The notes beneath the pieces are model-generated. The model saw only the letters and a list, made by a program, of their open reading frames with translations. It did not search any database and was not told the DNA's origin. Source: Jatrophihabitans sp. (GTDB lineage: Bacteria; Actinomycetota; Actinomycetes; Mycobacteriales; Jatrophihabitantaceae). From it: 11,294 nucleotides of DNA. This document shows, piece after piece, positions 1 through 7,044 of the stretch (position 1 is the first letter of the stretch; every line of letters starts with the position of its first letter). The stretch spans positions 1 through 11,294 of the forward strand of contig DASXHV010000153.1 in assembly GCA_036488285.1 (NCBI GenBank). Direction: 5' to 3'. Position numbers and translations under genes: made by a program.

Positions 1-56
1 CCCTTGTCGGCCACCTCCCCGGAAGAAAAGTGGGTGCGCGAGGCGTCTGTACTCAT
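1..56 (-). CDS. Possible 5' end of a minus-strand gene running off the window start (translates MSTDASRTHFSSGEVADK...)
   Basis: The complement of 54-56 is ATG. A GGAG lies about 7 nt upstream on the minus strand (complement of about 63-66). The frame stays open to position 1. Only 18 codons are visible, so no product can be assigned. Confidence 0.25.
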   Translation of the reverse strand, partial: MSTDASRTHFSSGEVADK

Positions 57-204
57 CGGCAACTCCAGGTTCCGGGCCTGATCGAACTACCTCCAGCGCA
101 TGGCTGGCACAGTAAACGTACCTCGCGTGATGATCTGCTACCTGCGTTTGCCGCCCTCGACACGCGCTGTGGGCAAAGAGGAAAGTGGAAGAAATTCTCG
201 CAAG

Positions 205-1380
205 TCAGCCTTCCCCGGGCGCGTCGAGAGATCGCTGCGCGCGCTGCGGAGCATCGGCGTCGCTCTTGCCTGCCTCGTCGACGAAGCTGTCACCAATAGT
301 GCCGGCAAGACCGTTGCGAACCGAGTCGAGCAAGGCCATCCCCTGACCGGCCAACGACGCCACCACGCCGCCCAATCCGTCCGCGCCGTTGAGGACGGTC
401 AGATTCGCGCCCTGCAATCCCTCCGCTGCAGCGCGAAGCATGTCCGGGAGTTGCTCGATAACTCGCTGATCCAAGGCGATTCGGTCCTGCGCAGCGGCAG
501 CTTCTGCCGACAGTTTGGTCGCGTCGGCCTGCGCCCGGGCCAGGGTGATGATCCGTTCCGCTTCGGCCTGCGCCGGTTTGACCACCTCGGCGATGAGTTC
601 GGCCTCGCGTAGTTCGGCATTCTTCTGCGCGACGAGGGACCGTTCCACCAGCACGGCCTGCTGTGCCTGCGCGGCGGCAAGCGGTCCGGCCTGGGCCGCC
701 TTCTGCTGAGCCTGATCGATCTCGGCCTGGTACTGCGCCCGGGCTACCGCGGTTTGCCGGGCGTACTCGGCTTGGTTGCGGGCACTCTCCTGTTGAGCCA
801 TCGCGCTGGCCTGATCGGCGGCAGCCTGCGCCACGTGAGCTGCCTGGTTGACCGCTGCCTGGTGTGGCGCTGCGAGGGCCTGGATATATCCGACGCCCCG
901 GTCATCGATGCTGCTGATCTGCAGCGAATCGACCGCCAGTCCGATCTTTCCCATCTCGCCCTTGCTTGCGTCCAGGATCGCCTCGCCGAGCGTTTGCTGC
1001 TCTCGGATGATGGCCTCAACGGTCATGCTGCCGATGATGCTGCGCAGATGGCCGCTGAAGATTCGTCCTACCAACGTTGCCATTTGTGATTGATCGCCCT
1101 GGAACCGTCGCGCGGCCGCGGCGATGGATTCGTGGTCGTCGCCGACCTTGAACGCGATCACTGCCTGCACGGCGAGCGTCAGTCCCTGCTTGGTGTAGCA
1201 GTCTTCGATCACCTCGGCTTCCTGCATAGCCAGTGTCAACGTCGAGGCGCGAGAAACGATCGGCATCACGAACACGCCGTGACCGGTTACGATCTTGAAC
1301 TGCAATCCCGTCTCGCCGCGCTGCTTCTTTCCACTGATGAGCAAGGCCTCGTTGGGCGCAGGAACGCGATATCCGAACAT
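205..1380 (-). CDS. Flotillin-like SPFH/band-7 protein (391 aa) with an Ala/Gln/Glu-rich C-terminal coiled-coil region
   Basis: The N-terminal about 160 aa align by eye with bacterial flotillin SPFH domains (PNEALLISG...KIVTGHGVFVMPI...YTKQGL). A long AQQA/AEAE-rich region follows, typical of flotillin EA-repeat coiled coils. The ATG at 1380-1378 lies 2 nt after the stop of the upstream gene, and an AAGGG sits about 10 nt upstream. There is no N-terminal hydrophobic segment. Confidence 0.85.
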   Translation of the reverse strand: MFGYRVPAPNEALLISGKKQRGETGLQFKIVTGHGVFVMPIVSRASTLTLAMQEAEVIEDCYTKQGLTLAVQAVIAFKVGDDHESIAAAARRFQGDQSQMATLVGRIFSGHLRSIIGSMTVEAIIREQQTLGEAILDASKGEMGKIGLAVDSLQISSIDDRGVGYIQALAAPHQAAVNQAAHVAQAAADQASAMAQQESARNQAEYARQTAVARAQYQAEIDQAQQKAAQAGPLAAAQAQQAVLVERSLVAQKNAELREAELIAEVVKPAQAEAERIITLARAQADATKLSAEAAAAQDRIALDQRVIEQLPDMLRAAAEGLQGANLTVLNGADGLGGVVASLAGQGMALLDSVRNGLAGTIGDSFVDEAGKSDADAPQRAQRSLDAPGEG

Positions 1381-1382
1381 TT

Positions 1383-1637
1383 TCAGAACCCTTCATGTGG
1401 GCCGACGACATCGGCGATGCCCAATCCCGGTTGATCCCATGGCTCGACGTCGAGTTGGCGCGAGCCTCTGTTGTTGATGACGAGTACCTGCTGACCCACG
1501 GCGAGAGGCTCGCGATGGTAGGCGATGTAGTAGTGCGGCAGTCCTTCGACGACCACCCGCACCTCCCCGGGTAGGTCACCGCCACGAACTGGCGTGGTCA
1601 CGATGCCGACGCACCCGACCAGGGCAGTTTCGCTCAT
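1383..1637 (-). CDS. NfeD-like OB-fold (beta-barrel) domain protein, 84 aa, without a membrane anchor
   Basis: The alternating hydrophobic pattern LVGCVGIVTTPVRGGDLPGEVRVVVEGLPHYYIAYHREPLAVGQQVLVINNRGSRQLDVEP matches the C-terminal OB-fold of NfeD/YuaF-type proteins that partner SPFH proteins. The gene sits immediately upstream of, and 2 nt from, the flotillin gene. An in-frame stop (complement of 1644-1646) closes the frame just upstream of the ATG at 1637, so no TM region can be appended. Confidence 0.6.
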   Translation of the reverse strand: MSETALVGCVGIVTTPVRGGDLPGEVRVVVEGLPHYYIAYHREPLAVGQQVLVINNRGSRQLDVEPWDQPGLGIADVVGPHEGF

Positions 1638-1696
1638 ACCTGCTATCTAACAGGCCCGCCAAGGCGACCGGGTTGATTCGGGCTTTCGATATGAAC

Positions 1697-2359
1697 TCAT
1701 AGGTTGTCGCTCGGCTGGCTCGGGGAGGCCATCGCGCCATGCTCCGACGAGCGGGCTTCTGACATCGCATAGCCGCCGGAGGCGACCGCAGCGACCCCGA
1801 TTACACCCAAGGCGGTGGCCAACACCATCAGCGCGCCCGCGACGTCGGTGCCGGCGTCCGCAGCGTCGTCCACGAACACCCGAGCGAGTCCAGTGCAGCT
1901 GATGTGCACCGGACCGGTGCTAGCGGCCTGGAAGGTAGCGAACTCGGTGAGATCTCGCGGGTCGTCCTTGGTCGACTGGATGCTCAGCTGCGTCTCGACG
2001 CCGGTGGGGTCGGTGGCGTGGCAGTTCAGTGCGGCGCCAGTCGTCAACAACCCCAACTTGGTCAACGCAGCGACACCGCCCGGCGCCGACAACTGATAGA
2101 CCTTGCCCGCTGTGAGCTGATAGGTCGCAGGGGGTATCGCGCCCTTGTCATAGGCATGGCGCTGGCCAGCGGCAAGCACCCGGGATCCACCGAAGGCAAC
2201 CAGCCCCAGCAACAGCACAACGACACCTGCGCCGAACCGCGCGGCGGGGGCCAGCCGCGGCCGTCGCGCAACCGAAGACCGCGGCGCGCCGGAGTAACCC
2301 GCGCGGTGCGGTTCAGGTCGTTCGATGTCGGCCATCTCCCAGATCCTCTCGTACGGCAC
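1697..2359 (-). CDS. Hypothetical membrane protein (about 212-220 aa) with two predicted TM helices flanking a roughly 130-aa extracytoplasmic domain containing two Cys
   Basis: The ORF has two hydrophobic stretches, GAGVVVLLLGLVAFGG and GALMVLATALGVIGVAAVASGG, separated by a polar domain. The start is uncertain: GTG at 2359 or ATG at 2335-2333 (MADIERPEP...). It lies 59 nt upstream of the NfeD-like gene on the same strand. Confidence 0.5.
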   Translation of the reverse strand: MPYERIWEMADIERPEPHRAGYSGAPRSSVARRPRLAPAARFGAGVVVLLLGLVAFGGSRVLAAGQRHAYDKGAIPPATYQLTAGKVYQLSAPGGVAALTKLGLLTTGAALNCHATDPTGVETQLSIQSTKDDPRDLTEFATFQAASTGPVHISCTGLARVFVDDAADAGTDVAGALMVLATALGVIGVAAVASGGYAMSEARSSEHGAMASPSQPSDNL

Positions 2360-2371
2360 GATGGACGTCTT

Positions 2372-3577
2372 GTGCGAGTTCTGATGGTGTCATGGGAGTT
2401 CCCGCCGGTCATCGTCGGCGGGCTGGGTCGTCATGTCTCAGATCTGGCTAACGCGCTGTCCGAGCAAGGCCACGACGTCCGGGTATTGACCAGAGGTACT
2501 GCCCGGCACTCAGTCACAGAGTCTGTCGATGGCGTGCCGGTGACCAGGGCCGCCGACGACGAGCTTGACATCGGTCTGGCCGCCGAATCGATCCTCGCCT
2601 GGACGCAGGCGTTCGAACATGCGCTGATCCGCGCCGGTCTGCAACTGCTCGATGCCTGGCGGCCCGACGTCATTCACGCCCATGACTGGCTGGTGGCTCA
2701 GACCAGCCGCACCCTGCAGGGGCGGTGTGGCGCTCCGCTCGTCGTCACGATGCACGCCACCGAATACGGTCGCCAGCAGGGCTGGCTCCAACAGCCGGTG
2801 CCGCGTGCCATCCATTCGGTCGAACGATGGCTGTGCCGTCGTGCCGACCGCGTCATCGCGTGCTCGCGATTCATGGCTGACCAGGTCGCGGCCATCGTCG
2901 ACCTTGCTCCCGGTTCAGTGGCCATCGTCGGCAACGGCATCGATCCCGCGCAGTGGAAGCCGGCCGGAGCCGACATCGAGGCGGCCCGCCGCCGGTACCT
3001 CACGGACGGGGCCACCGGCCCGTTGATTGCCTTCGCCGGCCGGCTCGTGCATGAGAAGGGCTTGCAGGAACTCATCAAAGCCTTGCCCCTGCTGCGTCCG
3101 GACCATCCCGGTCTGCGCGCCGTCGTCGTCGGACGAGGGCCGGACGAGGACGATCAGCGCGACCGGGCGCATCGCTACCAGGTCGCCGACCTGATCAGCT
3201 GGCCCGGATTCCTGCGCACCGCCGAACTCGCGGCGGTTCTCGGTGCCGCAGACGTCGTCGTGGTGCCTTCGTTGTACGAACCGTTCGGCATGGTCGCGTT
3301 GGAGTCCCAGGCCGTCGGAACGCCGGTCGCGGTCTCAGACACCGGCGGCCTGCGCGACCTGGTGGCCGACGGGCGCACCGGAGTTCGATTCGCGTCGAAG
3401 AATCCGGCCGCGATAGCCGATGCCGTCCGAACGCTGCTGGCCGATCCTGCGCGCACTGCGACGATGGCGGCCACCGCGCGCGATCACGCCCGGACTCGAT
3501 TCAGCCATGCGTCGGTGGCATCCCGGGTCGCTGAGATCTACTCCTCGGTCCAGAATGCGCCGTCCAGCACTCGCTGA
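2372..3577 (+). CDS. GT4-family (GT-B fold) retaining glycosyltransferase resembling actinobacterial Rv3032-type alpha-1,4-glucan glucosyltransferases
   Basis: The E-X7-E motif EPFGMVALE is present. The N-terminus ([22 protein letters not shown]) matches the Glyco_trans_4 / Glycos_transf_1 architecture, as do the HAHDW and ATEYGR motifs. The ORF is open from 1904, but the sensible start is GTG 2372 ([11 protein letters not shown]) or ATG 2384. The 3' end overlaps the convergent PLP-enzyme gene by 40 nt. Confidence 0.85.
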   Translation: MRVLMVSWEFPPVIVGGLGRHVSDLANALSEQGHDVRVLTRGTARHSVTESVDGVPVTRAADDELDIGLAAESILAWTQAFEHALIRAGLQLLDAWRPDVIHAHDWLVAQTSRTLQGRCGAPLVVTMHATEYGRQQGWLQQPVPRAIHSVERWLCRRADRVIACSRFMADQVAAIVDLAPGSVAIVGNGIDPAQWKPAGADIEAARRRYLTDGATGPLIAFAGRLVHEKGLQELIKALPLLRPDHPGLRAVVVGRGPDEDDQRDRAHRYQVADLISWPGFLRTAELAAVLGAADVVVVPSLYEPFGMVALESQAVGTPVAVSDTGGLRDLVADGRTGVRFASKNPAAIADAVRTLLADPARTATMAATARDHARTRFSHASVASRVAEIYSSVQNAPSSTR

Positions 3578-4632
3578 AGCTGCTCGGTGTGCGGGGCAAG
3601 GTCCATGCCACGCTCGGCTATCCAGTCGTCGGAGTAATACGTCTGGAGATAGCGCTCGCCGTTGTCGCAGATGAGCGTGACGATCGAGCCCGAAACACCG
3701 GCCGCACGCATCCCGGAGGCAACCCGCAGCGCGCCGACGAAATTCGTTCCGGTGGAGGCTCCGACCCGTTTGCCCAGTGCCTGCTGGAGCAACCGCATCG
3801 CTGCGATCGAGGCCGCATCGGGTACTGCGATCATCCGGTCCACCACATCACCGACGAAGCTCGGCTCGACACGAGGCCTTCCGATGCCTTCGATACGGGA
3901 ACCCTTGCCGGTCACGACCTTGTCACTGTTGGCCTGCCAGCCAGGCAGGAACGCCGAGTTCTCCACGTCCACGACACACAGCCGGGTCGCCAGCCGTCGG
4001 TAGCGGATGTAACGCCCGATGGTTGCCGACGTCCCACCGGTACCGGCGCCGACGACGACCCACTCCGGCACCGGGTGCCGTTCCAGGGCCAGCTGGGCAA
4101 AGATCGACTCGGCGATGTTGTTGTTGCCACGCCAGTCGGTGGCCCGTTCGGCAAAGGTGAACTGATCGATGTAGTGGCCGTTGCAGTCAGCGACCAGTCG
4201 GGCGGCCTCCGAGTACACGGTGTTCGGGTCCTCGACGAGATGGCAGCGGCCACCTTCGCGTTCGATCAGCGCGATCTTTTGCTCCGACGTCGATCGCGGC
4301 ATCACCGCCACGAACGGCAGTCCGAGCATCCGAGCGAAGTACGCCTCGCTGATCGCGGTCGATCCGGATGACGCCTCGACGACGGTAGTGCCCTCGCGCA
4401 GCCAGCCGTTGGCGAGGGCGTAGAGGAACAGCGATCGGGCCAGGCGGTGCTTCAGCGAACCGGTGGGGTGAGTGGATTCGTCCTTGAAATACAGGTCGAT
4501 CCCCCAGTCAGTTGGTAGCTCGAACCGGACCAGGTGGGTGTCCGCCGACCGGTTGGCATCCGCCTCGACCTTGCGCATCGCCTCGTCGCACCAGGCACGG
4601 GCGCTGCGCGAACTGCGGTCGAGATCAGTCAT
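3538..4632 (-). CDS. Fold-type-II PLP-dependent enzyme of the cysteine synthase / cystathionine beta-synthase family (364 aa) with non-canonical active-site residues
   Basis: The PLP-lysine motif reads GSLKHR and aligns with SVKDR of CysK. The glycine loop GAGTGGT binds the PLP phosphate. The substrate loop is SSGSTA where CysK has TSGNTG. The ATG at 4632-4630 overlaps the upstream stop as ATGA. Confidence 0.85.
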   Translation of the reverse strand: MTDLDRSSRSARAWCDEAMRKVEADANRSADTHLVRFELPTDWGIDLYFKDESTHPTGSLKHRLARSLFLYALANGWLREGTTVVEASSGSTAISEAYFARMLGLPFVAVMPRSTSEQKIALIEREGGRCHLVEDPNTVYSEAARLVADCNGHYIDQFTFAERATDWRGNNNIAESIFAQLALERHPVPEWVVVGAGTGGTSATIGRYIRYRRLATRLCVVDVENSAFLPGWQANSDKVVTGKGSRIEGIGRPRVEPSFVGDVVDRMIAVPDAASIAAMRLLQQALGKRVGASTGTNFVGALRVASGMRAAGVSGSIVTLICDNGERYLQTYYSDDWIAERGMDLAPHTEQLQRVLDGAFWTEE

Positions 4633-5375
4633 CGTCGGCGTCCCTCACCCTCGTCGGCACTCTGATCGGCATCGGCGATCAGTGTGGCAGCCGGCTGGAC
4701 ATCGACGGCACGGGCATCGGCAGCGGCGGAATGCTCATCCCGCCGACTGCGCAACACCCGGGCCGGCACGCCCGCGGCAATCGAGTACGCAGGCAGATTC
4801 CGGGTGACGACGGCGTTGGCCGCAACCACGCTCCCTTGCCCGACAGCGGAGCCGCGTACCACGGTGGCTTTGGTGCCGAGCCACACGTCGGCACCGATGC
4901 GCACCGGCGACTTGGCGATGCCCTGATCCTTGATCGGCACGTCGGCGTTGTCGAAGATGTGGTCGAAGTCGGCGATGTACACCATGTCGGCGATGATGGA
5001 CGCCGCCCCGACGCTGACATCGAGGTAGCAGTTCACGACGTCATGCCGGCCGAACACCACCTTGTCGCCGATCTGCAAGGTGCCCTCGTGGCAGCGCAGC
5101 GACGTCCCGTCGCCCAGATGCACCCAGCGACCAAGAATCAGCCGGCCGTAGCCGGGCCGCGCATAGAGCTCGACGCCCCTGCCGATAAAGACGAAACCTG
5201 CCGTGGTGATGTGCGGGTTGGCGATCCTGAAGCGCAGGAAGCGCCAGTACCGCAACAGATACCACGGTGTGTACGCGCGGTGTTCGAGCACCCACCGCAG
5301 GCTGGCGAGGGTGACGAATCGAGCTTGTCGCGGGTCTCTCGAGGTCGCTCGCCAGGCCCGCCACCGGTCGAACAT
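4629..5375 (-). CDS. Left-handed beta-helix (hexapeptide-repeat) O-acetyltransferase, LacA/Mac/NodL-like
   Basis: Hexapeptide repeats are followed by [32 protein letters not shown], which aligns with the catalytic His loop and the VW(I/L)G hallmark of sugar O-acetyltransferases. The ORF track extends the gene to 5441, but the ATG at 5375-5373 sits 2 nt after the upstream stop (5380-5378), which favours the shorter 248-aa form. Confidence 0.8.
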   Translation of the reverse strand: MFDRWRAWRATSRDPRQARFVTLASLRWVLEHRAYTPWYLLRYWRFLRFRIANPHITTAGFVFIGRGVELYARPGYGRLILGRWVHLGDGTSLRCHEGTLQIGDKVVFGRHDVVNCYLDVSVGAASIIADMVYIADFDHIFDNADVPIKDQGIAKSPVRIGADVWLGTKATVVRGSAVGQGSVVAANAVVTRNLPAYSIAAGVPARVLRSRRDEHSAAADARAVDVQPAATLIADADQSADEGEGRRR

Positions 5376-5377
5376 GA

Positions 5378-6073
5378 TCAGTTGGTGGTGGCGATCCGCG
5401 GGTACAGGATCTGATCGACCAGGTCGGCGGCCCGCTGGCACAACCAGGCGGCGCCGGCCTCCGTCAACTCCTCGACGGAGCCGTAGCCCCAGAGCGCGCC
5501 CGCGCAGGCGATCCCGTGCGCGGCGGCACCCAGGACGTCTTGGCTACGGTCGCCGACCATCAGGACTGTGCCCGGATCGGGGTTGCCCAGTCGGTCGAGC
5601 ACCGCGCCGATCACGAGCGCCTTGGAGTCGCGCTGCCCGTCCAGGGTGTCGCCGCCGATCGTCTCGAAGTGACCGGCCAGACCGAGATGTCCCAGGATCT
5701 CGGTGGCATGCTGCTCGGGCTTGCTGGTCGCGACCGCAAGTCGAATACCCTTGTCCGACAAGGCCTTCAAGACTTCTGCGATGCCATCGTAGACGGAGGT
5801 TTCGAACATCCCGCCATCGTCGACGTAATGCCGGCGGTACGCCGCGACCGCCTCCTCGACGCGATCCTTGCCGACCAGTGGCGGCAAGGTGTGCCAGAAC
5901 GGAGGACCGAGCAGCGAACGTGCTGTCGGCTCGTCCAGCCATGGCAGGCCAAGGTCGGCGAAAGCTGCCTCCAGGCAGCGGAGAATGCCGGGCGAGGAGT
6001 CGCTGAGCGTGCCGTCGAGATCGAACAGCACGGTGTCATAGATCGCGTGCGGGTTTGCTGCCGGCTCATTCAT
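5378..6073 (-). CDS. HAD-superfamily phosphatase (phosphoglycolate-phosphatase-like subfamily IA), 231 aa
   Basis: The HAD motifs are present: motif I FDLDGT, motif II ATS, motif IV GDRSQD. The ATG at 6073-6071 overlaps the methyltransferase stop (6072-6070) as ATGA. The upstream part of the 359-aa ORF lies in an alternate frame of the MTase gene and is rejected. Confidence 0.8.
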   Translation of the reverse strand: MNEPAANPHAIYDTVLFDLDGTLSDSSPGILRCLEAAFADLGLPWLDEPTARSLLGPPFWHTLPPLVGKDRVEEAVAAYRRHYVDDGGMFETSVYDGIAEVLKALSDKGIRLAVATSKPEQHATEILGHLGLAGHFETIGGDTLDGQRDSKALVIGAVLDRLGNPDPGTVLMVGDRSQDVLGAAAHGIACAGALWGYGSVEELTEAGAAWLCQRAADLVDQILYPRIATTN

Positions 6074-7044
6074 TCCGGCTTCGTCCCGGTGATTTCCAGG
6101 TTGTAGAACAGCCCGGCGGGCACCACTCTGGCCAACAGGTTCGAGTCGGCCGCATGCAGTCTCTTCCACATGCTGAAAGCGAAGTTCGCCCACCCGAATC
6201 CGAGCTTGCCTGGCGGCACGGCCGCCTCGAAGGTACGGACCGGCCAGCCGAACCATGCCGCGGTGAGTTCGTCGGTGCGGCTCTGAACGTCGATCGCTCC
6301 GGACCGCAACGCGGTTCGTCGTAGCTCGCCGGGGTCGAAGGTGTGGATGTCCACGACCGCCTCCAGCGCTGCTGCCCGAGAGGATTCGTCCAGCTCGGCC
6401 TTGGGCCGCGCCCATTGCCGCAGCTTGGGCAGCCGGGTCACGCGGGTGGTCGCCCACCAGGTGAATCGCGACAGCCGTCGCGCCACGATGTCGCCGTATC
6501 TCGTCGGTTCACCCGCGAAGACGAAGCGGCCACCCGGTTTGAGAACTCGAAGCACCTCGCGCAGGGCCTGCTCCACATCGGGAATGTGGTGCAGCACCGC
6601 ATGCCCGACCACCAGATCGAAACTGTCGTCGGGGTACGGGATCGACTCGGCGTCGGCCACTCGCCCCTCGATGTCCAATCCCAGCTTGGCGGCGTTGCCA
6701 GTGGCGACCTCGACCATGCCCGGACTCAGATCCGTGACATGCCCGGACTCGATGACGCCGGCCAGTTTGAGGTTCAGCAGAAAGAATCCGGTGCCGCAAC
6801 CCAGCTCCAGCGCCGAGGCGTACGGCCAGCCATCCGTGCCCGCGACGTGACTGAAGCGGTCCCGGGCGTAATCGATGCACCGTCGGTCGAAGCTGATGGA
6901 CCACTTCTCGTCATAGCTGCCCGATTCCCAGTCGTGGTACAGGACATTGGCGAGTTTCGGATCGCGCCAGGCCGCCTCGACCTGTTCGGCGGTGGCATGG
7001 GCACGAGGCTGGGCATGCGCCTGCGGCGCGGCTGCGGTCGTCAT
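6070..7044 (-). CDS. Class I SAM-dependent methyltransferase (324 aa)
   Basis: Motif I LELGCGTGFF is present, with an acidic residue downstream and the post-motif PGGRFVF. The ATG at 7044-7042 overlaps the echA stop (7046-7044) in a TGATG arrangement. The rest of the 544-aa ORF up to 7704 is an alternate frame of echA and is rejected. Confidence 0.85.
   Translation of the reverse strand: MTTAAAPQAHAQPRAHATAEQVEAAWRDPKLANVLYHDWESGSYDEKWSISFDRRCIDYARDRFSHVAGTDGWPYASALELGCGTGFFLLNLKLAGVIESGHVTDLSPGMVEVATGNAAKLGLDIEGRVADAESIPYPDDSFDLVVGHAVLHHIPDVEQALREVLRVLKPGGRFVFAGEPTRYGDIVARRLSRFTWWATTRVTRLPKLRQWARPKAELDESSRAAALEAVVDIHTFDPGELRRTALRSGAIDVQSRTDELTAAWFGWPVRTFEAAVPPGKLGFGWANFAFSMWKRLHAADSNLLARVVPAGLFYNLEITGTKPE

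Noticed and set aside
30-612. Plus-strand ORFs 30..299 and 100..612
   Set aside because: Both are antisense to the flotillin gene or its 3' flank. They have no domain signatures, and their Arg-rich composition is typical of spurious GC-rich frames.
390-890. Repetitive GC-rich sequence (recurring gcggc / ctgcgc / gcctg units) that might look like a tandem DNA repeat
   Set aside because: It corresponds to the Ala/Gln/Glu-rich coiled-coil region of the flotillin. This is low-complexity coding sequence rather than a non-coding repeat, and it has no exact periodic unit.
1576-1770. A 64-aa minus-strand ORF bridging the membrane-protein / NfeD gap
   Set aside because: It overlaps both neighbouring genes in a third frame. 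It has no RBS and no recognisable features. I considered it as a possible linker if a frameshift had fused the two genes, but it does not restore a coherent protein.
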